From: Myxococcota bacterium
GTDB lineage: Bacteria > Myxococcota_A > SURF-8 > G963663525
Direction of reading: 5' to 3'
Length of the DNA stretch: 64,000 nucleotides
Assembly: GCA_963676915.2 (NCBI GenBank)
Contig: CAXXVK010000001.1
Span: forward strand, 32,001 to 96,000
The notes under the pieces were generated by a model. That model was not told the origin of the DNA and did not search any database. It saw only the letters and a list, made by a program, of their open reading frames with translations. A program made the translations under genes and the position numbers. Of the stretch, positions 19,389 to 28,662 are shown piece after piece; within the stretch, counting starts at the first letter, position 1; each line of letters starts with the position of its first letter.

Positions 19389-20993
19389 TTATTCCCTGTC
19401 TCCGTTGTCCCGAACCGTCTCGTCCGCTTTTCGTGCTGCCCGCAGACCATCGACCGCCGAACTGGTGATGCCTCCGGCCCAGCCTGCGCCTTCTCCGATG
19501 GGATAGAGTCGGGGAGTGCTGACCGATTGCAGGCTGTCGCGGTCCCTCGATACCTGCAAGGGAGCACTGGTGCGGGATTCCACGGCAAACAACAACGCCT
19601 CGGGATGCGAAGAAAAACGGTGGATTTTCCGCTCGAAGCGTTGCAATCCGGCCTTAAGGGCTTCGGCCAGGTTTTCGGGGAAAATCTTCGTAATATCCGC
19701 CGGTTGGCAGCCTCCGAGACAACTGGTTTTATTGGGAACGGTGGGCGTTTTCCCGTCCAGAAATTCGTGCAGATGCATGGCGGGAACCTCGGCCCCCGAG
19801 CGGGTTTTCGCAACGCTTTCGTAGGCGTTTCGTTCGAGGCGGGCGCGAAAGTCGAGCGGCGCGAGCAGCGAGCTGCCCCAATCTTTTTCTCCTACGGTAA
19901 CCACTACGGCTGCATTGGCCCAGGGGGAACGATGTCCCCGGTTGCTCATTCCGTTGACGACGATGCTTTCCGGGTCGGTCGTTGCCGGAACCACGTACCC
20001 TCCCGGACACATGCAAAACGTATAGACGCCGCGTTCCAACTCTTTGAGGTTGGCTGTCAATCGGTATCGGGCGATATCCAGCGCAGGATTTCCGGCGGCG
20101 GAACCGTACTGGGCGCGATCGACGAAACTTTGCGGATGCTGAACCCTAAAACCTACGGCATAGGATTTCGGGGTCAGCTTCACACCGTGACGATGCAACA
20201 GCCGGTAACTGTCCTCCGCGCCATGACCGCAGGCGAAAAACATGGCGTCGGCATCGAAAACCTTTTTGTTTTCAGGGGCTTGGGTGGAAACGGTCTCTAC
20301 ACCGGTCAGGTGCCCGGCGGTAAAGCGAAAATCCACCGCTTTGCAATGAAAATGAAAGGTTACGCCCCATTGCTGCATGGATTCGGCCATCGTCCCGATG
20401 ACGTCCCGGATGAGGTTGGAGCCTACGTGGGGATCGAAGCGCCAGAGGATATCCTCGGGCGCACCGAAGCAGACCAGCCGTTCGAGCACGTCGGAGACTT
20501 CCGGGTGCTTGATGCGCGTGGTCAGTTTCCCGTCCGAGTAGAATCCTGCGCCGCCCAGACCGAAACAGAGGTTGTTATCCGAATCCAGCGTACCTTGTTT
20601 GAAAAACCGGGCTACGGCGAAATGGCGTTCTTTCAGCGCCGCTCCGCGCTCGACGACGTCGACCTGCCAGCCGGACCGAAACAGTTCCAGCGCCGCAAAA
20701 AGACCCGCCGGTCCCGCCCCGACGACCACCGCCCGGCGCGTGCGTTTTTCCCATGAAAGGCATTGACGTTTCAGGGTTTCGCGATCCAAACGTTTAGGGG
20801 GACGCTCGCCGCGCTCGAAGACTTCCAGCCGATACACCAACCGGATATTTCCCTTTTTTCGAGCATCCACGCTTCGGCGCAACCAACGGATTTCACCGAT
20901 CTTTTCCACAGACCATCCAAGGTGCTGCGCCACGATTTCCCGGAGGCGGGCGTCGTCTTTCAGATCGACGACGAGTTGCTTGATTTCTTCCAC
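19389..20993 (-). CDS. Uncharacterised FAD-dependent oxidoreductase (COG2509-like)
   Basis: VVGAGPAG, GGAGFYSDGKL, YTFCMCPGG, ESRTSAP and GEGAGWAGGITSSAVDG motifs. Confidence 0.9.
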   Translation of the reverse strand: MEEIKQLVVDLKDDARLREIVAQHLGWSVEKIGEIRWLRRSVDARKKGNIRLVYRLEVFERGERPPKRLDRETLKRQCLSWEKRTRRAVVVGAGPAGLFAALELFRSGWQVDVVERGAALKERHFAVARFFKQGTLDSDNNLCFGLGGAGFYSDGKLTTRIKHPEVSDVLERLVCFGAPEDILWRFDPHVGSNLIRDVIGTMAESMQQWGVTFHFHCKAVDFRFTAGHLTGVETVSTQAPENKKVFDADAMFFACGHGAEDSYRLLHRHGVKLTPKSYAVGFRVQHPQSFVDRAQYGSAAGNPALDIARYRLTANLKELERGVYTFCMCPGGYVVPATTDPESIVVNGMSNRGHRSPWANAAVVVTVGEKDWGSSLLAPLDFRARLERNAYESVAKTRSGAEVPAMHLHEFLDGKTPTVPNKTSCLGGCQPADITKIFPENLAEALKAGLQRFERKIHRFSSHPEALLFAVESRTSAPLQVSRDRDSLQSVSTPRLYPIGEGAGWAGGITSSAVDGLRAARKADETVRDNGDRE

Positions 20994-21064
20994 GAATACC
21001 TTTTTGAACGGCTATGGTTACACGAGAATGTAAAGGACGGGAATTCCGACCCGACGGCATGACC

Positions 21065-21363
21065 CTATCGATGGCCGGGGATTGTATCTCCGGTCACACA
21101 TTTTTTCTCCTAGCAAAACGTGTGGAGCAGGATACAATCGGGTGCATCACAAGATATAGCGACTTTCGTAAAATCCTCTTTTTTTCGTAGCGGCGAGGCG
21201 TAAGCCCGCCGTTTTTGCCTTTTGAAAGTTGCTTTTATACCCCCAATCTCCCTTTTCGGCGGGCTTACGCCTCGCCGCTACAACCCAATGAATGAATGAT
21301 TCAATATTGTTGGGCCAATTCGCACCATTTTGTGATGCACCCGATACAATCCTGCTCCATCTA
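21065..21363. repeat. Class B REP doublet interrupted by MITE-2
   Basis: Reverse-complement similarity to 38303-38390; the right hairpin is split by the insertion. Confidence 0.75.
21140..21342. mobile_element. 203-bp MITE (MITE-2) with 16-bp TIRs, a 9-bp TSD and an internal class C REP doublet
   Basis: TIRs GGGTGCATCACAAGAT / ATTTTGTGATGCACCC; GATACAATC at 21131-21139 and 21343-21351; second copy at 41733-41934. Confidence 0.9.
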
Positions 21364-21398
21364 TACGTTTTATCGTATCGAATCTCGTTCGCTTTTTA

Positions 21399-21554
21399 GT
21401 AGGTCGGGCAAATTTTTTGCCCGACACAGCCAATTGACAAACCCCACTTCGAACAATTTTATCGCCTGTAAATTCTTGAAATTATTGAAGCTCAAAAACG
21501 ACAAAACCACTTTGTCAGCAAGCTGATGTCGGGCTAAAAATTAGCCCGACCTAC
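21399..21554. repeat. Class A REP doublet with MITE-1 (21427-21525) as its spacer
   Basis: GTAGGTCGGGCAAATTTTTTGCCCGAC ... GTCGGGCTAAAAATTAGCCCGACCTAC; the inner 99 bp match 7156-7255 in reverse. Confidence 0.88.
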
Positions 21555-21604
21555 GACGAAGCAAAGACCGTGTTTCCCCACTTCCACCAAAGAACAAACG
21601 AAAC

Positions 21605-24600
21605 CTAACGCTTTTCTCCCATGAAATCCAGTGTCCAGGTGCAATTTTCCGGGCGTGGGAAGTCGGGAATTTCGTGCATCGCCATGGCGCAATGCGGTCC
21701 TTCGAACTCGGTGAATTCCAACGTCAGCGTGCCTTCGAGGGTGGAAAAGTCTTCGCTCGCCATGGCGTCGAAGGTCGTCAGAGCCTGAATCCGGCAGCCT
21801 TCCCCACCGATTTCCCGCTGGCCCGTTCCCGTGAAATGCCGACCTTCCACCAACCCTTCATCGATGGCGATGGGGTACCTGTCGTATTCGTCGGAGATTT
21901 CATTCAGATACCAGGTTCCGTCGTAGACGGAAATCGGGACCACGACCCAGGGCAGGGTGATCGGCCAGCCTTCCGGCGGGAACTCGCAGGTGGTTCCGTC
22001 CGCCTCCGAGCTGACGCCCCAGATCAGGTAGGCGTTCATCCAGTCGGGGAAAATCGTAGGTTGGCAGGAACCGTACTGACAGCTTCGTTCCGGGCAGGTT
22101 TCCACGCCGGTCCAAACGCCGTCCAGGCAGCGAACCACCACGTCTCCCCGGCACTGACCCTCCTGCGGGTCTTCGTCGCAGGCAACGCATCGGGCTTCGT
22201 CTTCCAGGAATCCGCAGCTTCCGCCCGCAGCGTAACAGTCCTGAATCTCTTGCCATTCTCCCTGCCCATCGCATCGATACAAACGATCACCCAGGCAGGT
22301 GGTTTCGCCTTCGGGGCAGGTGTCGAGACATTGGGCCGTGTTGTCGTTTTCCACGCAGGAAGCCGCGCAGATGTCGCTTGTCTGCCACACGTCATTGATG
22401 CAACTCTCGATTCGCCAAAGACCGTTTTCGAGCGTGCAATAGGAATTGCCATTCTCGTAGTACTCACAGGTTTCGGCACAGTCTCCATGCAGGCAGCTTT
22501 GGTTTTCGTCACAGAGATCTTTCAGCCTCCACTCGCCCTCCAGACACAGGAAAGGATGCTCGCCGATGCAGGTCGATTCTCCCTCGACTTCGCAACTCAT
22601 GTCGGGGTCGGCGCAATCCGGCTCACCGCCGCACTGACTGCCTTCGGCACATTCCTGCCAGAATTCCCAGTTGGTACCGACGCAGATTTCCAAGCGGTCG
22701 TACCGGCAGCGGATGTTTCCGGGTTCGCAGGCAAACCAGGGAGGCGAGGCGCAGTCGCCGTCGATACAGAATCCTTCCTCGCATTCCTCCACACCCTGCC
22801 ATTGACCGTTTTCGTTGCAAATAACGACGTAGCTTCCGATGCATTGAGGCTCCGAAGCCGGAACGTCGCAGGAATTTTCGAGAGAGAGACACGTTCCGTC
22901 CACGCAGATCGCCGGGTATTCCCAGCAGGCGTCCCGGACTTCCAACAGGCCCGTTTCCGGGTTACAGGAGAGAACATAGCCGTATTCATTGCAGAAACGT
23001 TCGTCGCCGCTTTCTTCGCAAGGCTCGACGCAGCCACCGCGCAGGATGTCGCATACCTGATCCGCGTCGCAGAAGCTTTGTGTCCATTGGGCGTTTTCGT
23101 CGCAATAACTGTATAGCGGTAGATCCTGCTGGCTTTCGTCATCCCAGGCCATTTCGCATTCGGACCACGCCGGAGAACATTCGGCTTGCGGCAATCGGCA
23201 CCTCCCGTTGAGGCAGTCCAGACCCTGTTCTTCGCAATTTTCGACGACCTGCCAGCTTCCGTCTGCCTGACATTCGACGCTGGTATGTCCCAGACACCTG
23301 GTGCGTCCTTCATTCTCGCAGGTTTCGCTTACACTCGTGCAGGCCTGATCGATGCAAAGTTGTCCCGATTCGGCGCAGTCTTCCTGAATGTCCCAGAAGA
23401 ATCCGTCTTCGCTACAGACAAGCACGTAGGTGTTGTAGCAAAACGTCTGGTCGGGCGTGCAGGGTTGGACGCATGTGTCATCGTGACAAACGGCGTCGAA
23501 CTGGATGCAGTCTTGCATGAGGTTCCATTGCCCGTTTTCGTCGCAGACCATCAACCGGTCTCCGTCGCAGGCGGTTTCGCCTTCGTCGCAGGAGTACATC
23601 CGGCATTCGGCCTGTTGGCAAAACGTTCCAAGAGCGCATTCCTGTACGGTGTCCCATTGACCGGAGCGGCATTCGATCACCGCCCGATCGCCGTCGCATT
23701 GGCGTTCCCCTTCGAACTCCGACGTGCAGGAATCTTCGAGATCCCGGCAGGTTCCATCGAGGCAGACCATGTCGTCGTCCGCGCAGTTCGAGAAGGATTG
23801 GTACAAGCCGGTTTGTTCGTTGCAGACTTCCTGCATGTTTCCGTTGCATCGGGTCTGTTCCTGGTCGCAACGCGTGACGCAGGCCAGCTCGTCCGGGTCG
23901 CAGACCTCGTTGTCCGAGCAGGCTTCCACCTGAGTCCAGCGGTAATTTTCCTGACAGATTTTCGGGCTGCCGTCGATGCAGCGAATCTCGCCGAAATCGC
24001 CACAGGGAATCTCGCAGCCTTCCGGGTCGTTTTCGTCCAGGTACCCGTCGCAGTCGTTGTCCTGCTCGTCGTAACAAAGCTCTTCTCCGTTGGGAATGCA
24101 GGAATACGCCACCAGGTCGAATTCGATTTTAACGGTGCATGGGGCAGGTTGCGGAAGATCGCCCCATCCGGTCGAATTTTCGCAATCTCCCTCGTATTCT
24201 CCGAATTCCAGAGTCCACGATCCCGTAAGCCGGGAGTTGCGCCATTGGCCATTGAAGTCTACCGTATTTTCAGGAGTGATTTCCACGACAGAGTGGACTT
24301 CCGAACCGCAGTTTCGGTCGTCTTCACCGGGCGCGCTCCAGTCAAAGGTATCGTCCGCAACGAGGCTTGTTTCCCTGACGTGACCTTCCAGGATTTTCAG
24401 CGGGTCCGTTTCGTCGCGGGTGGTGAGGGTGAAGCTGTCGCCGGTTTGCTCCAGGGTTACGGTGTCGATAATTTCCATACCGACTTCGGGTACTTCGCAG
24501 GTGTCGTCCACAGCGACCGTCTGCCCCGTCATTCGCCATAAGCCGTCCAGAGGTTCCCCTTCGATGCACAGGCCGTTTTCGCAGATTTCATCCGTTTCGC

Positions 24601-25867
24601 AGGCGGAAAGATCCACCCAGCCGCCTTGAGAGCAGATCTGCGGCTGGTTGCCATCGCAACGGCGGCTTCCTCCGATACAGGCCCGGCAACCGGGAATCGT
24701 CACGTCACAGACTTTTCCCTCGGGCATGCAGTCCGTTTCGACCGTCCAATCGCCTTCGGAACAGGACAGCAACAGGTTTTCGTAACAGGCAACCTCTCCC
24801 GATCGGCATTGCAGACAGTGGCCGTCGTCGCAAATAGCGTTTTCGCAGGCTTCCACGATCATCCATTGACCGTCCTGACACTCCCGCACGAGGGTGCCTT
24901 CTCCGGCACATTCGCGTTCGCCGTCATAACAAACCTCGGCAACCCGGCGTAAAACGACGATTCGCCCGCCGTTCATCTTCAGTTCGCCAAATTCCGACGG
25001 CAGGCCGATGATCTCTTCCGAACCCAGGCGAAGTTCGTTTTCTTCGTCGTTCCAGTACAACACGAGAAGCGGGAGGTTGTCGGAATAAGGAAGGTCTTCC
25101 AGGTCGCCGCCCATCAATTCCAATAGATTCGTGCCGTCGTGCCCGATGAAATTGTAAAAATACAAGCCCTCGGTGGGAAAACGCGCTTGTCCTCGCCGCA
25201 CGATCGGTTCGACCGAAACTCCTTGATAGCCGTAGACATCGGTTCGGGGTAGCCCTTCGAGACGAATGGTGTCGCTGGCGTCGATGAATTCCACCCGCAC
25301 CTCTCCCGGTCCATGGTAGACATTCGCCTGCGCACGGACGCATTCGTCGGCGTCGTTGAACTCATACCCCGGATTGCAGCGACACTCGATGCCGTCTTCC
25401 AGCTCGACACAGACGTTTTGGTTGGCCTGAACGCAGGGATTGGGAATGCAGGGGTTGATATCCTCGCAGACACCGCCGACATTCGCATATCCGTTTTCGC
25501 AAACGCACTCGTACATATCGTTGGGCAGAATGACGCACTCGCCGGTCATGTACTCGCCCGTACAGGGGTTGGGGTCGCAGGGGTCGCGGTTGAGGTCGTC
25601 TTCTTCGGGAGTCTCTTCGGCCTGCTCCTCGATGGCGTCGTCATCCGTATCGGGAAGCTCGATTTCGTCTTCGTCGGCGGGAGCGGGCGTCTCCTCGATG
25701 TCCGTATCGTCATCGGCGGTCGCGTTGTCGTCGGTGTCTGCAACGGGATCGGCATCCCCGGACGAATCACCGGGATCGTTGGTGAATATCGTACCCTGTT
25801 CGGTGTCGCAGGCAACGAAAACAATAGTGAGAAGCATGGCGAAAAGCAGCGTTCGAAGGCGTTGCAT
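21605..25867 (-). CDS. Large Cys-rich lipoprotein (EGF-like repeats, CxxGxxRC...W...C repeats, one MopE-like motif)
   Basis: Lipobox FVA-C; EGF-like CxCxxGY; about 15 repeats of roughly 38 aa; ExCxDxxDNDCDGxxDE motif. Confidence 0.85.
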   Translation of the reverse strand: MQRLRTLLFAMLLTIVFVACDTEQGTIFTNDPGDSSGDADPVADTDDNATADDDTDIEETPAPADEDEIELPDTDDDAIEEQAEETPEEDDLNRDPCDPNPCTGEYMTGECVILPNDMYECVCENGYANVGGVCEDINPCIPNPCVQANQNVCVELEDGIECRCNPGYEFNDADECVRAQANVYHGPGEVRVEFIDASDTIRLEGLPRTDVYGYQGVSVEPIVRRGQARFPTEGLYFYNFIGHDGTNLLELMGGDLEDLPYSDNLPLLVLYWNDEENELRLGSEEIIGLPSEFGELKMNGGRIVVLRRVAEVCYDGERECAGEGTLVRECQDGQWMIVEACENAICDDGHCLQCRSGEVACYENLLLSCSEGDWTVETDCMPEGKVCDVTIPGCRACIGGSRRCDGNQPQICSQGGWVDLSACETDEICENGLCIEGEPLDGLWRMTGQTVAVDDTCEVPEVGMEIIDTVTLEQTGDSFTLTTRDETDPLKILEGHVRETSLVADDTFDWSAPGEDDRNCGSEVHSVVEITPENTVDFNGQWRNSRLTGSWTLEFGEYEGDCENSTGWGDLPQPAPCTVKIEFDLVAYSCIPNGEELCYDEQDNDCDGYLDENDPEGCEIPCGDFGEIRCIDGSPKICQENYRWTQVEACSDNEVCDPDELACVTRCDQEQTRCNGNMQEVCNEQTGLYQSFSNCADDDMVCLDGTCRDLEDSCTSEFEGERQCDGDRAVIECRSGQWDTVQECALGTFCQQAECRMYSCDEGETACDGDRLMVCDENGQWNLMQDCIQFDAVCHDDTCVQPCTPDQTFCYNTYVLVCSEDGFFWDIQEDCAESGQLCIDQACTSVSETCENEGRTRCLGHTSVECQADGSWQVVENCEEQGLDCLNGRCRLPQAECSPAWSECEMAWDDESQQDLPLYSYCDENAQWTQSFCDADQVCDILRGGCVEPCEESGDERFCNEYGYVLSCNPETGLLEVRDACWEYPAICVDGTCLSLENSCDVPASEPQCIGSYVVICNENGQWQGVEECEEGFCIDGDCASPPWFACEPGNIRCRYDRLEICVGTNWEFWQECAEGSQCGGEPDCADPDMSCEVEGESTCIGEHPFLCLEGEWRLKDLCDENQSCLHGDCAETCEYYENGNSYCTLENGLWRIESCINDVWQTSDICAASCVENDNTAQCLDTCPEGETTCLGDRLYRCDGQGEWQEIQDCYAAGGSCGFLEDEARCVACDEDPQEGQCRGDVVVRCLDGVWTGVETCPERSCQYGSCQPTIFPDWMNAYLIWGVSSEADGTTCEFPPEGWPITLPWVVVPISVYDGTWYLNEISDEYDRYPIAIDEGLVEGRHFTGTGQREIGGEGCRIQALTTFDAMASEDFSTLEGTLTLEFTEFEGPHCAMAMHEIPDFPRPENCTWTLDFMGEKR

Positions 25868-25971
25868 GGCGTGATCCTCCCGGTTTATCAACAAGAATAC
25901 TCCTGAAAAAACAATGGGTTGAATATTTTTTGCAGGTTGGATGAAATCACCCGGCCCGACTATGCAGAGGT

Positions 25972-25998
25972 GTCGGGCAAGAAATTTGCCCGACCTAC
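25972..25998 (-). repeat. REP class A
   Basis: GTCGGGCAAGAAATTTGCCCGACCTAC, with a degenerate partner near 25932-25955. Confidence 0.88.
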
Positions 25999-26069
25999 TT
26001 TTTCACCAGCCGGACCCGTTGATTTTTCCGTTTACTTGTCGAGTATAACACCGTTGGGAGGCGAAAACG

Positions 26070-26972
26070 TCACTTTTTTCCCGGATGCGACCAGCCGAGA
26101 CGATCCATGACCTGTTTGATGTCTTCCCAGACCTCGCGCTTGGCTTTGGGATTGCGCAGGAGGTACGATGGATGGAAGGTCGGCATGGTGGGAATCGAAT
26201 CGTAACGCCGCCATTCGCCACGCCAGCGGGTGATCGGAGTTTTCACGACATTGAAGTCGTTAAGCAACGCTGCTGTGGGGATTTTTCCCAGCAAAACCAA
26301 TACTTTAGGTTGAATCAAACGAATCTGCTGTCTGAGAAACGGAATGCAGGTCTGCATTTCGAGCGTTTCGGGATTGCGGTTTCCTGGAGGACGGCATTTG
26401 ACGATGTTGCCGATATACACTTTCTCTCGTGGTACGCCCATGCCTTTTTCGATAATGTCGGTCAGCAGTTTTCCGGCTCGTCCCACAAACGGTCGCCCGC
26501 TACGGTCTTCGTCGGCTCCCGGACCTTCGCCGATGAACATTACCTCCGCTTTGGGATCGCCTTCGCCGAAAACGATTTTCGTACGTCCGTTGCACAATGG
26601 ACAGCGCTTGCAATCTCCGATAACTCCTTGAAGTTCCTCAAGATTGTTTGTTTCCGGCAGTTTTTCTTCCGGTATCGGGGTGTTTTGCTGTATCGGCTGA
26701 CGAGGTTTCGGAGCGCTTCGTTGACGCATTGGAGGAGCATTGCGGCGTTCCTGAAGGGAAGCCGAAGACGACCCGTTTGCGGGACGGCCTGCCGGCGGAG
26801 CGCTTGGGCGCTGCGACGGTGGAGGTGTGGCAGGTCGTCTGGCAGGTGCTTGCAAAGGCGGAAGTCCCGCCTCGCCTACCGGAACGGACTCGACACCGAG
26901 GCTTTTCCACCATTCCAGAAGCGCCAGCAGGTCGCGGGCACAATCGCGGGCGTTGTCGTTCTCGTGACTCAT
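26070..26972 (-). CDS. udg: Uracil-DNA glycosylase family 4
   Basis: [26 protein letters not shown] and TFHPSYLLR motifs. Confidence 0.93.
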   Translation of the reverse strand: MSHENDNARDCARDLLALLEWWKSLGVESVPVGEAGLPPLQAPARRPATPPPSQRPSAPPAGRPANGSSSASLQERRNAPPMRQRSAPKPRQPIQQNTPIPEEKLPETNNLEELQGVIGDCKRCPLCNGRTKIVFGEGDPKAEVMFIGEGPGADEDRSGRPFVGRAGKLLTDIIEKGMGVPREKVYIGNIVKCRPPGNRNPETLEMQTCIPFLRQQIRLIQPKVLVLLGKIPTAALLNDFNVVKTPITRWRGEWRRYDSIPTMPTFHPSYLLRNPKAKREVWEDIKQVMDRLGWSHPGKK

Positions 26973-28408
26973 GACGAGGATTTCGGACCTTTCTCGGAGT
27001 CGTTTGGCGCATTTGGCGCATTTGGAGCGGCTGGCGCGTTTGGTGTGGGATTTGCCTTGTTTGCGGAAGATGTCGTGTTTCGGGGTTTTCTGCCGGTCTG
27101 GGTCGTCTTCGCCGCAGTACGTCTGGCCGACGTTTTCCCGGACGATCCTCGCGACTTCGAACCGCCCCTGGAACTCTTCCGGGTCGGTTTCTTTTTATTC
27201 GCCGCTTCGGTGCGTCGTTTCTGTACGTGGTCGAGGATGACCCGTGCCACCTCGCTTTTTTTCATCATCGGTAGCGATTCGACGTGTGACAGGCGATCGA
27301 TGATGTGCACGATGTTGGTATCCGTTTCGAAACCGGCACCTTGCTGGGAGATGTCGTTCATTACGATCAGGTCCAGTTTCTTGTTTTTCAGCTTGGCTTT
27401 GGCGTTTTGCAGCACCTGGCGATCTTCGGCGGCAAACCCGACAAGGTATTGTCCTCGCTTGGCTTTTTTGCCCAATTCCATCAGAATGTCGGGAGTGCGT
27501 ACAAAGTTCAGCGTCAAATCGCCGTCGTGTTTTTTGATTTTGCTGCTCTGCGTCCGTTCGGGGCGGTAGTCGGCCACGGCGGCGGATTTGATAATGACCT
27601 GCGCCTTGGTGTAGCGGGCCAGCACTTCTTTGTGCATTTCCACGGCGCTCTCGACCTCGATGGTTTCGACATCGAACGGCGCGGGAATCGAGTGAGGACC
27701 GGCGATAAGCTGCACCTTCGCCCCTCTTGCCCGTGCTTCGCGAGCCAAAGCGAAACCCATTTTTCCCGACGAACGGTTGGTTAAAAAACGCACCGGATCG
27801 AGTCGTTCCAAGGTGGGACCGGCGGTGATCAACACCGTTTCGTCGGTCATGTCCTGCTGGTCGGAGCGGGCCGCGTAGATGGTGGCGTCCAGCACGTCGT
27901 GCAATTCGGCCAGGCGTCCGCTTCCCGTTTCTCCGCACGCCAAATAGCCTTCGCCAGGCGGAACGACGGTGATCCGCCGCATCGCACTGAGTTTCTTCGT
28001 GTTTTCGGTGACGATTTCGTTTTTCCACATCGCCCAGTTCATCGCGGGAGCCAGCACCACCGGCGAGCGCGTGGCCATCAGCAGGGTGGTAACGATGTTG
28101 TCGGCCAGTCCTCCGGCCAGTTTACCGATGGTGTTGGCGGTACAGGGCAGCACCACGGCAGCGTCGATGTCGTGGGCAACCGAGATATGCCCGATACGCA
28201 ATTCGTCGGAAAGACTGAATAAACTTGTCAGTACGGTTTTTCCGGTCAACGCCTGGAAGGTCATCGGCGTGATGAATTCCTGGGCGGCAGCGGTCATGGC
28301 GACGCGCACGGTCGCACCGTTTTCGATCAGAAGACGTACAAATTCCGCCGCCTTGTAGGCCGCGATTCCTCCCGTCACGCAGACGAGAATTTTTTTGTTT
28401 TTCAGCAT
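26969..28408 (-). CDS. coaBC: Bifunctional phosphopantothenoylcysteine decarboxylase/synthetase
   Basis: TGGIAAYK, PAMN, LACG..G.GRL, TAGPT..LDPVRF..NRSSGKMG, AAVADY and VGFAAE motifs. Confidence 0.95.
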   Translation of the reverse strand: MLKNKKILVCVTGGIAAYKAAEFVRLLIENGATVRVAMTAAAQEFITPMTFQALTGKTVLTSLFSLSDELRIGHISVAHDIDAAVVLPCTANTIGKLAGGLADNIVTTLLMATRSPVVLAPAMNWAMWKNEIVTENTKKLSAMRRITVVPPGEGYLACGETGSGRLAELHDVLDATIYAARSDQQDMTDETVLITAGPTLERLDPVRFLTNRSSGKMGFALAREARARGAKVQLIAGPHSIPAPFDVETIEVESAVEMHKEVLARYTKAQVIIKSAAVADYRPERTQSSKIKKHDGDLTLNFVRTPDILMELGKKAKRGQYLVGFAAEDRQVLQNAKAKLKNKKLDLIVMNDISQQGAGFETDTNIVHIIDRLSHVESLPMMKKSEVARVILDHVQKRRTEAANKKKPTRKSSRGGSKSRGSSGKTSARRTAAKTTQTGRKPRNTTSSANKANPTPNAPAAPNAPNAPNDSEKGPKSSS

Positions 28409-28662
28409 GGGATTCGTTTCTCCCCTTCGCGGAATCATTGATTGAATTCCTTATACCAAAGTTACGGGGAGTGTATACAGGGAAATTTTCCTTGGATCGC
28501 TAATGAATCGAATCCACATGGAGCAAAAAGGGAAAATCTCTTGCCGATTTCGTGAAAATCGCTATGATTTCGGATCATTGCAGGTCCGGCCCATTTTCTG
28601 CGTTCGAATGGACCGGAAAGGCCGACACTGATTGGAACATCTTAGATAGAAAGAGTGGGAGA

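Noticed and set aside
18942-20756. Long antisense ORFs (also 21674-23116, 23186-24541, 26085-27569, 36982-38124, 38802-40916, 48906-51530)
   Set aside because: They lie opposite well-supported genes and have no motifs; they are shadow ORFs expected from GC-biased codon usage.
21600-21612. GTTAGGT at the gene end (and CTAAC/GTTAG at 10562-10577) as integron attC cores
   Set aside because: No paired R''/L boxes, cassette array or integrase.
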